DNA from: an uncultured bacterium
GTDB lineage: Bacteria > Hinthialibacterota > Hinthialibacteria > Hinthialibacterales > Hinthialibacteraceae
Length of the DNA stretch: 64,000 nt
Direction: 5' to 3'
Assembly (NCBI GenBank): GCA_964517495.1
Contig: CAZFER010000015.1
Span: 6,698 to 70,697, forward strand
In this document: positions 54,535-64,000 of the stretch, piece by piece
How the letters are laid out: each line of letters starts with the position of its first letter
Numbering within the stretch: the stretch's first letter is position 1
Position numbers and translations under genes: made by a program
The notes under the pieces: model-generated
Database searches by the model: none
The model's input: the letters and a program-made list of their open reading frames with translations, nothing else
What the model was told of the DNA's origin: nothing

Positions 54535-56466
54535 TCACCGGTTCGAACTCATGGGTAAATACTCACGATTCTGACCTCTTAACTTAAAGCGTCCTACCAT
54601 TTCACTCAACACCATCGCTTGAGACGAAAGTTCCTCACTGGCCGAGGCTGACTCTTCGCTAATCGATGAATTTTGTTGTGTGATTTGATCCAGTTGCATC
54701 ATCGCCGTTCGAATTTGTTCTGCTCCATTGGCTTGCTCAGTGGAGGCCGAAGCAATCTCTTGCACCAGTCTGGATGATTCCTGAATCGCAGGCACAACCT
54801 GCTGGATGACATTACCTGCTTTTTCGGCTTGATCCACACTGGCTTCCGCCAATTGAATAATTTCTTTTGCCGCCTGTTGGCTGCGTTCCGCCAATTTGCG
54901 AACTTCAACAGCCACAACTGCAAATCCTTTCCCCATCTCACCTGCTCGCGCGGCTTCAATGGCGGCGTTGAGGGCCAATAGATTTGTTTGATCGGCAATA
55001 TCATTAACAATGGATATTTGCTCTGCAATCCGTTTCATCGCTTCCACGGTTTGAGATACAGCCCCTCCACCTTCCTCCGCTTCTCGGGCAGAACGAGTTG
55101 TTACCTCATTAGATTTTTGGGCATGTTCGGCATTGTTTTTTATGGAACCTGCCAGCTGCTCCACAGACGCTGATGTCTCCTCCAAATTACTGGCTTGCTC
55201 AGATGCGGACTGGGCGAGACTCTGAGATGAAGAGGAAAGTTCTTCAGAACTTGCTGCAACTTGTTCAGCAGCTTGTTGAATGCCACCAATAATCTCATTT
55301 AAATTATCACTCATATGTTCAAGCGCACGCGACAATTGTCCGACTTCATCTTCCTGGTTTACAACTGACCGTTGAGTTAAATCCCCCTCAGCAACTTGGA
55401 GCGCAAATTGAGCCGCACTTCGAATCGGACGTGTAATCCCTTTTGCCATAAACCAAAGCAACACCAATCCCGCTGTAATAAAAACAAAACTCAATACAAG
55501 CTGTTTCCACATCATGGAATTGGCGGATGCTGTAACAATATGCTTGGGCACCTGAATACCAATCAGCCAATGTGATCCAGTTTTTCCTATTTCTTTTGGT
55601 AGAATAACTTGCAGAGTATCATTCTTGAATTCAGCAATCTGTTCGTTTCCATTGATTGATGAAACATCAATTCCAATTTCCTCATCCACCTCATTGATGT
55701 TTTTCCCGACAAGTTCCGGTTTCCCAGTCAACGCAACGATTGTTCCATCCTGGCTCAGAAGAAACATACGTGCGTTTTTATCATAAATATCCAATTGATC
55801 CGCTTTGGCCTGCAAGTTATTTAATCCAAAATCCACACCCGTTATTCCATAAAAGGTATTCTCATGAATAATGGGCACACATAGAGATGTAAGCAACGTC
55901 TCTTTCCCCGCTACATTATAAATGTAAGGATTCAAGATGGCTTCTTGTTTGGTCCGTTTTGGAATTTGATAATAATCACCATCCCCTTCTTCCTCATACG
56001 AAGCAAGAGGCTCCAATACAATATTTCCCGCGCTGTCCCGACATACATACGGTATATAACGGCCTGTGGCATCATGCCCTTCCGTGTTTTTAAAGGCACC
56101 ATCTTTACCATCAAAGGCATTGGGTTCCCATAACGTATAAACCCCAAGAAAATCAGGATGGTTTTCCATCAGTTTCCTAAGCATCCCATTGACTGTGGCA
56201 CGATCCAATGAAATAGGTTGATCCTGATCTTTAATGGCGCTCAATTCATGAGCTAAAGTGCGTGAAACATTCAAGGCGGTATTAAATTGAGTCATAAATG
56301 ACTGCGCTTCCAGTTGGGTTGAAGCCACTGCCTTTTCTTTTGCTGTTTGCAGCGCCGTTAAAAAAAGCGTGCTTACTGTAAATGAAACAATAATGGCGGT
56401 GGAGACAAAAAGACAAATACCACCCCATACAGCGATTTTTGTTTGAATGGATTTAAACTTCATCAT
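54535..56466 (-). CDS. Methyl-accepting chemotaxis protein (Cache-type periplasmic sensor, HAMP, MCP signalling domain)
   Basis: Two TM helices flank a ~280-aa sensor. The HAMP region is [18 protein letters not shown]. The signalling hairpin is [35 protein letters not shown]. Confidence 0.9.
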   Translation of the reverse strand: MMKFKSIQTKIAVWGGICLFVSTAIIVSFTVSTLFLTALQTAKEKAVASTQLEAQSFMTQFNTALNVSRTLAHELSAIKDQDQPISLDRATVNGMLRKLMENHPDFLGVYTLWEPNAFDGKDGAFKNTEGHDATGRYIPYVCRDSAGNIVLEPLASYEEEGDGDYYQIPKRTKQEAILNPYIYNVAGKETLLTSLCVPIIHENTFYGITGVDFGLNNLQAKADQLDIYDKNARMFLLSQDGTIVALTGKPELVGKNINEVDEEIGIDVSSINGNEQIAEFKNDTLQVILPKEIGKTGSHWLIGIQVPKHIVTASANSMMWKQLVLSFVFITAGLVLLWFMAKGITRPIRSAAQFALQVAEGDLTQRSVVNQEDEVGQLSRALEHMSDNLNEIIGGIQQAAEQVAASSEELSSSSQSLAQSASEQASNLEETSASVEQLAGSIKNNAEHAQKSNEVTTRSAREAEEGGGAVSQTVEAMKRIAEQISIVNDIADQTNLLALNAAIEAARAGEMGKGFAVVAVEVRKLAERSQQAAKEIIQLAEASVDQAEKAGNVIQQVVPAIQESSRLVQEIASASTEQANGAEQIRTAMMQLDQITQQNSSISEESASASEELSSQAMVLSEMVGRFKLRGQNREYLPMSSNR

Positions 56467-56494
56467 GATTTACCTCATCTAAGTATAAAAGTTA

Positions 56495-56623
56495 TAAGTG
56501 GTTAGCCATTTGAGCACCATTCCCCTCCCAAGATTTGGAAGGGCGAGGAGAGGGTTGATAAGAAAAAGTAGAGCCAACTCCTTTAATCCCTTCCTAACCA
56601 CCTCCATCTCATTGGGGGAGGAT
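56495..56623 (+). repeat. Copy D of the two-hairpin intergenic repeat
   Basis: ataagtggttagccatttgagcaccattcccctcccaagatttggaagggcgaggagagggttgataagaaaaagtagagccaactcctttaatcccttcctaaccacctccatctcattgggggagg. Confidence 0.75.
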
Positions 56624-56733
56624 GAGTGTGGACAATTTTACATTTTCACTCCATTTTTACTTCATGGGCCTGACACGGTACGAATTTTTTTATGATCGGT
56701 ATGTGAAAACCAAATAGCAAACGGGATAAACAT

Positions 56734-57537
56734 TCAAAATGTATATCCTACACTAATCGATGCATAAAACTCATCTTCATCATTAACGGTATCTTCAAAA
56801 GACCATTGGTAATTTATCGAAGGGGTAAGATAAAATTTGCTCCAGGTGAACGTACTTGAAATTCCAAATGTGGAATGGCTCCACCCTGAATCCGAACCAA
56901 AAACACCTTCATTATATGTTATGTCACAGCTAAAATCGATCGTTTGTTCTGTATCGTTTTTCAAAAAGATCGATGCGGGAAGGGCATAGGATAAACCGAG
57001 CGTATGAAACCAGCCATTATCGATATGGATTTCACTTTGAACACCATCCCAATCATAAAAGACGGTGTAGGAGGGAACCAAATAACTTGGCCCGATATTG
57101 ATAAGCTGGGGCATCGAAATTCCTAAAGCCAATTCCTGAACATCCCCCAGACTGTTGGTTTTGGGGTAAACAAAATAGGTATACGAGGAAAAAATATCCA
57201 AGGCATACGGTTTTTCTTCAAATAGACTAAAAGCATAACCAAAATAAAGATCCAACTCCGTCAATTCTTCGAATCCGGATCCAGCAGGCCATGCACCCCA
57301 TACCCCACCAAAAAATCCTCGGTAATCCAAGTGAATACTCGGCTGAAACGCCGCGTGGTCGTCAAAAATATCATATCCATGCCAAACATATTTCGATGCA
57401 AAGGTAAAATCAGTGCTTATACTCAGTTCCTCACCCAACAGATCAACCGCATTAGCCTGATTGATCGAAGTTCCAGTACCAGTAAGCGAGAGTAATACTA
57501 AAATACTACCAAACCCTAAAACATTAGTCCTATTCAT
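56734..57537 (-). CDS. Outer-membrane beta-barrel protein (TorF-like putative porin)
   Basis: Signal peptide (MNRTNVLGFGSILVLLSLTGTGTSINQANA), alternating aromatic/hydrophilic strands and a C-terminal ...VGYTF. I prefer the start at 57537 (GGAGA RBS). Confidence 0.55.
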   Translation of the reverse strand: MNRTNVLGFGSILVLLSLTGTGTSINQANAVDLLGEELSISTDFTFASKYVWHGYDIFDDHAAFQPSIHLDYRGFFGGVWGAWPAGSGFEELTELDLYFGYAFSLFEEKPYALDIFSSYTYFVYPKTNSLGDVQELALGISMPQLINIGPSYLVPSYTVFYDWDGVQSEIHIDNGWFHTLGLSYALPASIFLKNDTEQTIDFSCDITYNEGVFGSDSGWSHSTFGISSTFTWSKFYLTPSINYQWSFEDTVNDEDEFYASISVGYTF

Positions 57538-57820
57538 TGATGTATCTCCTTGATAAGTATCGGATAATGTGAATGGATGATCATTCCAATTCTTATGTTT
57601 CGGATTAAGCCAAATCTGTGCCAAAAACTCAACTTTAAATAAACTCTATTTTTAAAGGGATTTTTTAATATTTGGCTGAAACAGGTGGAACAAAGAAGTA
57701 TCTGATTGCGTTACACTGTAGCTCACCGGGATAATCCTATATAACTGGAACAACGTCGTTTCCACAATTCAACGTTCATTCACACGGGGCGCCAAACGGG
57801 ACATAAAGGAGAAAGTCACC

Positions 57821-57860
57821 GGTGGGTTAAAAATGCACACGGCGCATTTTTTAACCCACC
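57821..57860 (-). terminator. Long hairpin downstream of the GH5 gene
   Basis: ggtgggttaaaaatgc-acacggc-gcattttttaacccacc is a 16-bp stem with a one-nucleotide bulge, 89 nt after the GH5 stop on the - strand. Confidence 0.45.
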
Positions 57861-57948
57861 CCACGAATATAGATGCTATATTATTATATTTGCAGAAGAA
57901 AATTATTGCTATATACTTTTTTGATGGGTGAACACTATTGTATGAAAA

Positions 57949-59022
57949 TTAATAGTATTTCAACAGCAATTCGAGCATTTTTCGGTCCAGTTTGTGGCCG
58001 TGGAAATTTTCGTAGTTCACGTCATCACGGCCACTATCAACAATGCCGAATGAGCCTCTTAAATTCCACATGGCGTAACCCCAGCCAGCCTCTTTCCAGA
58101 GGGAGAGGAAATCTTCCATCCAGGCGAGTACAACATCATGCGGAGTATGGCGATAAGCGCCCCATTCGCCGACGTGTACGCCAACTCCCTGATTTTGCAA
58201 TTTTCGCCAGGGTTTAATTATCTCTTCCCGAAGGCGTTCCTTATCCCATACGGTATCCCCCACTTTAAGTGGCCAGGTTGGTTCATCCCAGGTATCTGAT
58301 CCGTTAATCCAACTCGCTTTATGATGGCTAATTCGCATAGGATCATAACCGCGTGTGCTTTGGGCAACCTTGTCATTTACCAGTGAAAAGACTGGATTAC
58401 GGCCCCAACGTAAGCCATCGACTACTACCAGGCGATTTGGTGAGACTTCACGGATGGCGTTGATAGCCATTCGCATGATGTTTGCATATTGCTCTTCATC
58501 CATATTTTTGGGTTCGTTAACGAGGTCAAAACTAAGACGCTGATTTGAAACATCCTTATAACGTTCGGCAAACATCCGCCATTGGAAACAAAATTGATCC
58601 TGAGCCTCTTTGGACGTCCAAAGGTCGAGCGCTTCTTTGGGTGGATTCACACAATAGCCGGGCGCTCGGTGGAGATTGAGATTCACATGGACATTATATT
58701 GATTTCCCCACTGAACCACGTCATCGATGTGTTTGAGGATTTTTTCATCGATTTTCCAGGGATTTTCTGAATCGGTCCAACAGCGATAGTCCATGGGTAA
58801 TCGAACAATGTTGAATCCCCATTGCGCCATCCATTCGAAATCACGTCCCTGGTAAGGCGCGTTTCGATTCAGTGTAAATTTTTCGAGCAGGTTAAACCCC
58901 TTTAATGGGGGGATATAACCGGCGGAAATGAGCATTTCATTTTGTGAAGTGATAGCGGACTGAGGCAATAAAGCAGCGCCAGCCGCTAAAGAAGCGGATT
59001 GCAAAAATTCACGGCGTTTCAT
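57949..59022 (-). CDS. Tat-exported glycoside hydrolase family 5 (cellulase/mannanase-like)
   Basis: MKRREFLQSASLAAGAALL Tat signal. FDLVNEPK carries the acid/base NEP motif and HVGEWGA the nucleophile GEW motif. Confidence 0.8.
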   Translation of the reverse strand: MKRREFLQSASLAAGAALLPQSAITSQNEMLISAGYIPPLKGFNLLEKFTLNRNAPYQGRDFEWMAQWGFNIVRLPMDYRCWTDSENPWKIDEKILKHIDDVVQWGNQYNVHVNLNLHRAPGYCVNPPKEALDLWTSKEAQDQFCFQWRMFAERYKDVSNQRLSFDLVNEPKNMDEEQYANIMRMAINAIREVSPNRLVVVDGLRWGRNPVFSLVNDKVAQSTRGYDPMRISHHKASWINGSDTWDEPTWPLKVGDTVWDKERLREEIIKPWRKLQNQGVGVHVGEWGAYRHTPHDVVLAWMEDFLSLWKEAGWGYAMWNLRGSFGIVDSGRDDVNYENFHGHKLDRKMLELLLKYY

Positions 59023-59072
59023 GGTTGGGCCATCCCTTAATAATATTTATGATGGTATTTACCTTACACGAA

Positions 59073-59765
59073 TTATTCTGGAAATGAGAGCCCACCGGGG
59101 AAGCGGATTACATTGCCCTGGCTATACATGCCATTGCTGGGATCATAGCGATTTAATATGCTAAAACGTGATCGAACCAGGATGCTGCCATCGGGATTGA
59201 GGACGCGGTGGTTAAGGTCCGGTCCCACGCTGTAAACCACCCAACGTGTGGGGATCATAGCGCAATTGGCTTCCTGATAATCAGGGGCGGTGCCAAGCAG
59301 AGTGCGGTTGGCGTCCACGGGCATACGAACGGCTTTAAGCGGAGCAAAGTTGCCATTGATATCAAAGCCGAATCCACACCTTTCATAGTACAAAAGTGGA
59401 TTCCCTTCATTGTCTTCCCCCAGGTCTGAACGAAGAAATGGATCATAGAGCGCATGGCTTAAATAGGGGACGGGTGTGGTTAAACCGGCGGGAGAAGTGC
59501 GATTGGCAGGAAAGCCAGCGGGCATTTGCCATTCGATTCCCCCTTTATCCTGCACATAGGGATAACTGTTGTTATCCATATAATACATTTCCAGTCCATT
59601 GGCCAATGTTCGCAAATCGTTTTTGGCACGGCTGATTTTGGCACGATTCAGGGCATCGGTAAAATTGGGTACCGCAATGGCGGCCAAAATCCCAATGATG
59701 GCCACGACGATCAACAATTCAATTAACGTAAACCCCCTGTTATTCAATGATGTTTTTTTCTTCAT
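59073..59765 (-). CDS. Prepilin-type N-terminal methylation-domain protein (pseudopilin paralog P4)
   Basis: NNRGFTLIELLIVVAIIGILAAIAVPNF, LTTPVPYLSHALYDPF and YDPSNGMYSQGNV. A GGAGAA RBS is present. Confidence 0.85.
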   Translation of the reverse strand: MKKKTSLNNRGFTLIELLIVVAIIGILAAIAVPNFTDALNRAKISRAKNDLRTLANGLEMYYMDNNSYPYVQDKGGIEWQMPAGFPANRTSPAGLTTPVPYLSHALYDPFLRSDLGEDNEGNPLLYYERCGFGFDINGNFAPLKAVRMPVDANRTLLGTAPDYQEANCAMIPTRWVVYSVGPDLNHRVLNPDGSILVRSRFSILNRYDPSNGMYSQGNVIRFPGGLSFPE

Positions 59766-59863
59766 TTGTTTCTCCTATAGGTGATGATATAGCAACAACC
59801 GAAAAAGATTATATATTATCAATTTAAAATACGGATGACTCACGAAGAAGTCCCATTATATTT

Positions 59864-59900
59864 AAAAAAAAATCCCTCATCAAACCGATGAGGGATTTTT
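59864..59900 (-). terminator. Rho-independent terminator after the heparinase-like gene (bidirectional form)
   Basis: aaaaaaaaa-atccctcat-caaaccg-atgagggat-tttt. The - strand transcript ends in a 9-U tract. Confidence 0.8.
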
Positions 59901-59939
59901 ATAGTTATTAAACTTATATAACTACTAATTTTATCAATA

Positions 59940-62327
59940 TTATTCAAGTGAAAATTGAGATATTACATTTCCATCGGGATCAATCAGGACAGCGGCCACT
60001 TCTTCATCACTGACAAGTTTATCTGCTTTTAACACTTTCCCTCTATCATCCTGTAAGAGAACGATGATTTTACCTTCTTGATGGGGGATTGTGAGGAAAA
60101 AACCATTCTCGAGTTTTTTGCATTCAGCGCTTCCTTGTAATTTTGTTCCCTTTTTATGGGGGCGGAGAACGGTGATAAAGGATTGTTGTTTCGATTTTTC
60201 CGAGGTTTTGGCGGTTAAATGGTATTCCGTCAATTTCACGCGAGGGCGGGGTGGTGGATCGAACTTATCCGTTTGGCTTAAAGCGAGATTGGTAGGCCAT
60301 AGGAAGTTGGCTTTGCATGACGCATCATCATGGTTGACTCGAATATCGTTTTGGTTGTTGATTGTCATCTCAGTCGGTGAATGGAGCCACCATTCAAAGG
60401 ATGATGCTTCGAGAGCCTTAAGTGTATCGAATATCAACACGGTTGAGGGTTTAATGAAAAGAATTCGCCGGGTAAAGCGATCCAATTCCCCCCGATAGGC
60501 TTCGGATGCTTCACCGGAAACATAATCAAATAGGGGACCGGTGTGAAAATCGGTAATTTTCCCGTCTGCGGCGGCGGAATGTTTGCCCTGCCCTTCTCCA
60601 TTAACGGTGATGCTGTTGGTTGATTTGGTGTGCCACATCCAGTTGACATGGTGTTTGCTGCCGTAAATATCACGTCGGCCGGTGCGGATAAAAAGCCGTT
60701 CGCCAAAGGCATAAAGGATAAATGAATTCTGGGATTCATAGCCGTGGCTTTGGGTGCCAAAGGGGCTGCTTTTAAAGATGATTTCAACATTATCATCCGC
60801 ATCAAATAGGGTGTTGTTCAGCATGGCCTGTCCGGTTCCCCAGAAACAGCGGGAGGTGGGAAGATCCTCAGGGGGCCGGGCATCAACCTCAGGAAGCGCT
60901 CCCCGGATAAAGCCTATATAGCCATCTTCTGCCGGAGCACCACCGTGGGCATCCACATACCATTGCCAATAGGGATTCTGGGCTTGGGAGGTAAGGATGG
61001 ACATCAAGCCGACCGTGTCTCTGGAGCGGCGATGAGCGCAAAGGTCACCAAATCCTCCACCATGTGTTCCCGGTGGTTGGAGGTACATGGGATAATAACC
61101 AACCTGTGAGAAATAAGGTTTATCATACGCGTTGATATCCATGGCAACACGCATCACATCCGCCCACCAGGTGAAACGGGCGATATAACTGCGCCAGTAA
61201 GAAACCCCTTCGTGCCAGCCACCCTGATCATCCGACCAGACGGGGTAGACATTGGTAAATACATTGGTGGCAAACCAGACCCAATCTTCGGCTTCAGGGA
61301 TTTCATGCAGGAAGGCGATCCCCACTTCGCCTAAAAAATGCCAGGCGCGGTTGCTATGACTGGCATAAGGCCGCCAGAGGTGCCGGGGATGGAGGTGGTT
61401 ATACATTTCACGACCACGAATGAGCATCACGTCACGGCATTTTTCTTTTTCCGCTTCGGTTAGCAAATCATTCACGAATGAATAAGTGCGGGAGAAGTAA
61501 TAGTTATAGGGCATTCCGGCTTCATCGTTGTAGCGATAACCGGTGGCGCCCTTGGGATCCCATTCAGCGCATTCGAGGAGGATTTTTTTGGCCAGTTCAC
61601 CGTACTCCTCTTTGCCACCGAGAAGGCGAGTAAAACCCAAGGTTGCAGCGCTGTTCAATGCCCGGATGGTGTATACCCGGTTTCCCCACCAGATTTCGCG
61701 CCATTCTTCACTTTTGCGTTCCACATCTTCGGGATAGCGTGGCGGTTCTTTGGTGGATGGGGGATTATTCACAATTCGATCCGATTCTTCCACTAATTTG
61801 TTATAATGGGAACGCAAATCAGCACGCGCACGGCGGGTTAAAATGTTTATTTGTTCAGGCCGGACAAAAAGTCTGGGGTGTGTTTTGGGGATACGGGAAA
61901 TTAAGTCTTCTTTATCAGGAAGCGGAAGCTGAGTGGCGGTGGGGGAAATGGTAAACGACCGGGTTTGGCTCCACTCTGAGTTTTCGCCCTCTTTGTTGAC
62001 AAATCGAAAACGCCAATACAGTTTGCCCATTGGCATAATATGTGGTGGGGTATGCACATTAAAAGTAATACCATCGGTTTCATATGTGATTTCTGAGAAA
62101 TCCGCTTTGGGAGAACATTGAATTTGATAGGTATCCGCGTCTTTTTGTGGACGCCAGACGAAACCAGGTGGATTAACGGCAGATTCTTTCCCATCAAAGG
62201 GCCGAAATCCCCACTCGCCTGGTTGTGCTGGTGTTTCATCAACACTAAATGCGAATGATACATTGGCTGTTAAAAGGACAAAGAACAGGCTTGATAATAA
62301 CCATCGTTTATTATTGGGAAACATCAT
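59940..62327 (-). CDS. DUF4962 + heparinase II/III-like polysaccharide lyase family protein
   Basis: Signal peptide. The N-terminal segment (WGFRPFDGKESAVNPPGFVWRPQKDADTYQIQCSPKADF) is typical of DUF4962. The central (alpha/alpha) toroid region is W/Y-rich, and a C-terminal beta-sandwich follows. An AGGAGAGG RBS is present. Confidence 0.75.
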   Translation of the reverse strand: MMFPNNKRWLLSSLFFVLLTANVSFAFSVDETPAQPGEWGFRPFDGKESAVNPPGFVWRPQKDADTYQIQCSPKADFSEITYETDGITFNVHTPPHIMPMGKLYWRFRFVNKEGENSEWSQTRSFTISPTATQLPLPDKEDLISRIPKTHPRLFVRPEQINILTRRARADLRSHYNKLVEESDRIVNNPPSTKEPPRYPEDVERKSEEWREIWWGNRVYTIRALNSAATLGFTRLLGGKEEYGELAKKILLECAEWDPKGATGYRYNDEAGMPYNYYFSRTYSFVNDLLTEAEKEKCRDVMLIRGREMYNHLHPRHLWRPYASHSNRAWHFLGEVGIAFLHEIPEAEDWVWFATNVFTNVYPVWSDDQGGWHEGVSYWRSYIARFTWWADVMRVAMDINAYDKPYFSQVGYYPMYLQPPGTHGGGFGDLCAHRRSRDTVGLMSILTSQAQNPYWQWYVDAHGGAPAEDGYIGFIRGALPEVDARPPEDLPTSRCFWGTGQAMLNNTLFDADDNVEIIFKSSPFGTQSHGYESQNSFILYAFGERLFIRTGRRDIYGSKHHVNWMWHTKSTNSITVNGEGQGKHSAAADGKITDFHTGPLFDYVSGEASEAYRGELDRFTRRILFIKPSTVLIFDTLKALEASSFEWWLHSPTEMTINNQNDIRVNHDDASCKANFLWPTNLALSQTDKFDPPPRPRVKLTEYHLTAKTSEKSKQQSFITVLRPHKKGTKLQGSAECKKLENGFFLTIPHQEGKIIVLLQDDRGKVLKADKLVSDEEVAAVLIDPDGNVISQFSLE

Positions 62328-62407
62328 AAATCCTCTCCTGAATATGTGTTGGCATCCATCGTATCAAGAGTGGGAGTAAGAATGAAGGTGGGTAATAAAG
62401 TGGAGAT

Positions 62408-62926
62408 TTACAAGAAATAAAGGATGAGATGCATTATTATGCAGGCGTAGAGGCTGGCGATCAGGTCGTCGATCATAATGCCGATGCCGCCATGTAAATC
62501 TTGCAGCCGATTGGCGGGGGGTGGTTTGATAATGTCGAAAAAGCGGCAGAGAACAAAGGCGGGGATAGTGTAGGATAAACCGGCGGGTAAAAACATGACT
62601 GCGACGCAGTAACCGGCGACTTCATCGATGGTGACACGGGAGTCATCCTTTTTGCCGGTGAATCGCTCGACCACTTCCGCGCTCCAAATACCGATGGCAA
62701 TAATGATAATCAATACAACTAGGGCGGTGATCCAATTTTCTCGTTCAAATGCATGAGGAAAGCAAAATGAATGGATGGCCCACGCCACTAGTGCTCCCCA
62801 GGTTCCGGAAGCGGGAAGATGGCCTGTCCAAAAGGTGGAAGCCAAGATATAAGCGAATTTTTGAGTAATGGTTGCCGAAGCAAAATTTTCGGGTGGGAAG
62901 GTCAAACCGGGGAATCGGGATTTCAT
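62408..62926 (-). CDS. pgpA: Phosphatidylglycerophosphatase A
   Basis: SGTWGALVAW, IDEVAGY, FDIIKPPP and GGIGIMIDDLIASLYA match E. coli PgpA blocks. It starts 4 nt after the rimO stop. Confidence 0.9.
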   Translation of the reverse strand: MKSRFPGLTFPPENFASATITQKFAYILASTFWTGHLPASGTWGALVAWAIHSFCFPHAFERENWITALVVLIIIIAIGIWSAEVVERFTGKKDDSRVTIDEVAGYCVAVMFLPAGLSYTIPAFVLCRFFDIIKPPPANRLQDLHGGIGIMIDDLIASLYACIIMHLILYFL

Positions 62927-62930
62927 ATCG

Positions 62931-64000
62931 TTAAATACCTATGTCGCTATTTATGTGGCCAAATAGGTTGTCTTCATCTGCGTCGGTAATTCGAACGTTG
63001 GAGAATTCACCAACCGGGACTTTACCACCCCTGACATGAACCTGGCCATCCACATCGGGGGCTTGACCATAATAGCGCCCCCAATAGCCTTCTAATTCAG
63101 GATCTTTGCGATCGACCAAGACGGGGAAAATCTCACCGATAAACCGTTGGTTTTTCTCGCGGGCTCTTTCTGAGGTCATATCAAGCAACGTGCGATAGCG
63201 TTTATCTTTGATGCGATCGGATATTTGATCGGGTAGCTCAGCGGAAGGAGTACCATCTTCACGCGAGTATTTAAAAATGCCAACCCGGTCGAAATCAATC
63301 TCTTCAAGCAATGCGATAAGATTCTGGAAGTGTTCATTTTTTTCACCGGGGAAACCGACCATCACAGTCGTTCGAAGTGTTACATCAGGGCGAGCTTTGC
63401 GAATCAATTCCACAGCCTGTCGAATGTGCTTGTCCGATGAGCCGCGGCGCATTAATTTCAAGATGTGGGGATCACCATGTTGGATGGGAATATCCAAATA
63501 GGGGACCAGTTTTTCGCAGCTTTCAAAAACCGTTGCCAAGCGTTTATCCACCAAATGGGGGTAGACATACATTAACCTGATCCAATCAAGGCCGTCAATC
63601 GCATCCAATTTTCGAATCAAATCTGATATTGCCGGATATCCATAAAGATCGCGCCCATATGAGGTGCTATCCTGGGCGATTAACACCACTTCCTTTACAC
63701 CACCTGCAGCCAAGGATTTTACTTCCTCGACAATTGCCTCCATGGGGCGTGAGCAATGCTTGCCACGCATGGATGGGATGGCGCAAAAACTGCATGTATG
63801 AGAGCATCCATCGGAAATGCGTACATAAGCGAGATGGGGTGGTGTGGTTAACAAACGTGGGGTATATATGAATTGAGGAAGTGGATTGGTCTGTTTTTGT
63901 CCCAAGGCTTCCCATGCCACTTGGAGAAAGCGTTCTTTGTCTTCGACACCGATAAAGGCATCGACTTCCGGAAATTGCTCTACGAATTCTTTTCGGTAGC
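62931..64000 (-). CDS. rimO: Ribosomal protein S12 methylthiotransferase RimO (N-terminus outside window)
   Basis: Radical-SAM motif (AYVRISDGCSHTCSFCAIPSMRG). C-terminal TRAM-like segment (GEFSNVRITDADEDNLFG). The frame stays open upstream of the ORF-track GTG at 63920 to the window edge (...EQFPEVDAFIGVEDKERFLQ). Confidence 0.9.
   Translation of the reverse strand, partial: YRKEFVEQFPEVDAFIGVEDKERFLQVAWEALGQKQTNPLPQFIYTPRLLTTPPHLAYVRISDGCSHTCSFCAIPSMRGKHCSRPMEAIVEEVKSLAAGGVKEVVLIAQDSTSYGRDLYGYPAISDLIRKLDAIDGLDWIRLMYVYPHLVDKRLATVFESCEKLVPYLDIPIQHGDPHILKLMRRGSSDKHIRQAVELIRKARPDVTLRTTVMVGFPGEKNEHFQNLIALLEEIDFDRVGIFKYSREDGTPSAELPDQISDRIKDKRYRTLLDMTSERAREKNQRFIGEIFPVLVDRKDPELEGYWGRYYGQAPDVDGQVHVRGGKVPVGEFSNVRITDADEDNLFGHINSDIGI

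Noticed and set aside
57873-58217. 114-aa + strand ORF upstream of and overlapping the GH5 3' end
   Set aside because: It is antisense to the GH5 C-terminus, Arg- and His-rich, and has no motif support.
1-64000. CRISPR arrays, transposases, integrases, prophage genes and known defence-system cores
   Set aside because: There are no regularly spaced direct repeats and no recognisable DDE/tyrosine/serine recombinase, Cas, restriction-modification, nuclease-helicase or phage structural signatures in any of the long ORFs.

Overview
This is a 64-kb chromosomal window with about 50 genes and no rRNA, tRNA, CRISPR array, transposase or integrase that I can see. The gene content suggests a sulfatase-rich, glycan-degrading heterotroph of the PVC type (Planctomycetota/Lentisphaerota/Kiritimatiellota-like) or an allied candidate phylum. 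The indicators are four intact Tat-signal Cys-type sulfatases plus one remnant, four GspG-like pseudopilin paralogs, DUF1080 proteins, Tat-exported Gfo/Idh/MocA oxidoreductases and GC-rich intergenic hairpins. The taxonomic call is inference only, and GC content was judged by eye, not computed.

Layout:
- 1-10.1 kb: sugar-acid/oxidoreductase cluster (AraR-like regulator, uxuA, three Gfo/Idh/MocA genes, a URO-D-like gene) interrupted by a decayed toxin-antitoxin patch.
- 10.2-14.8 kb: a 1539-aa secreted protein combining HEXXH, VWA and TSP3 elements.
- 15.2-19.1 kb: pseudopilin paralogs and an SGNH hydrolase.
- 19.3-31.8 kb: sulfatase locus with an HTCS-like hybrid sensor kinase and an Ntn (penicillin-acylase family) hydrolase.
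- 31.8-35.7 kb: AT-rich patch with gene stubs, an orphan 4TM protein, an orphan HicB-like gene and an unusual GshB-like ATP-grasp fused to an N-formylglutamate-amidohydrolase-like domain.
- 35.7-39.5 kb: CBM-like, tandem-DUF1080 and beta-propeller exoproteins.
- 39.8-44.1 kb: solitary fliG followed by an ArnC-like/ArnT-like glycosyltransferase pair.
- 44.5-54.2 kb: six-gene operon encoding a lipoprotein, a membrane FHA protein, a membrane PP2C, a double-TM Hanks kinase with a cysteine-less FGE-like ectodomain, a secreted protein and a DHS-like protein.
- 54.5-64 kb: MCP, porin, GH5, a fourth pseudopilin, a heparinase II/III-like enzyme, pgpA and rimO (partial).

A roughly 130-nt two-hairpin intergenic repeat occurs four times. 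The best candidates for undescribed biology are the FHA/PP2C/kinase operon, the ATP-grasp::FGase fusion, the structured repeat family and the glycan-locus-associated pseudopilins. All functional calls rest on by-eye motif recognition; no searches were run.
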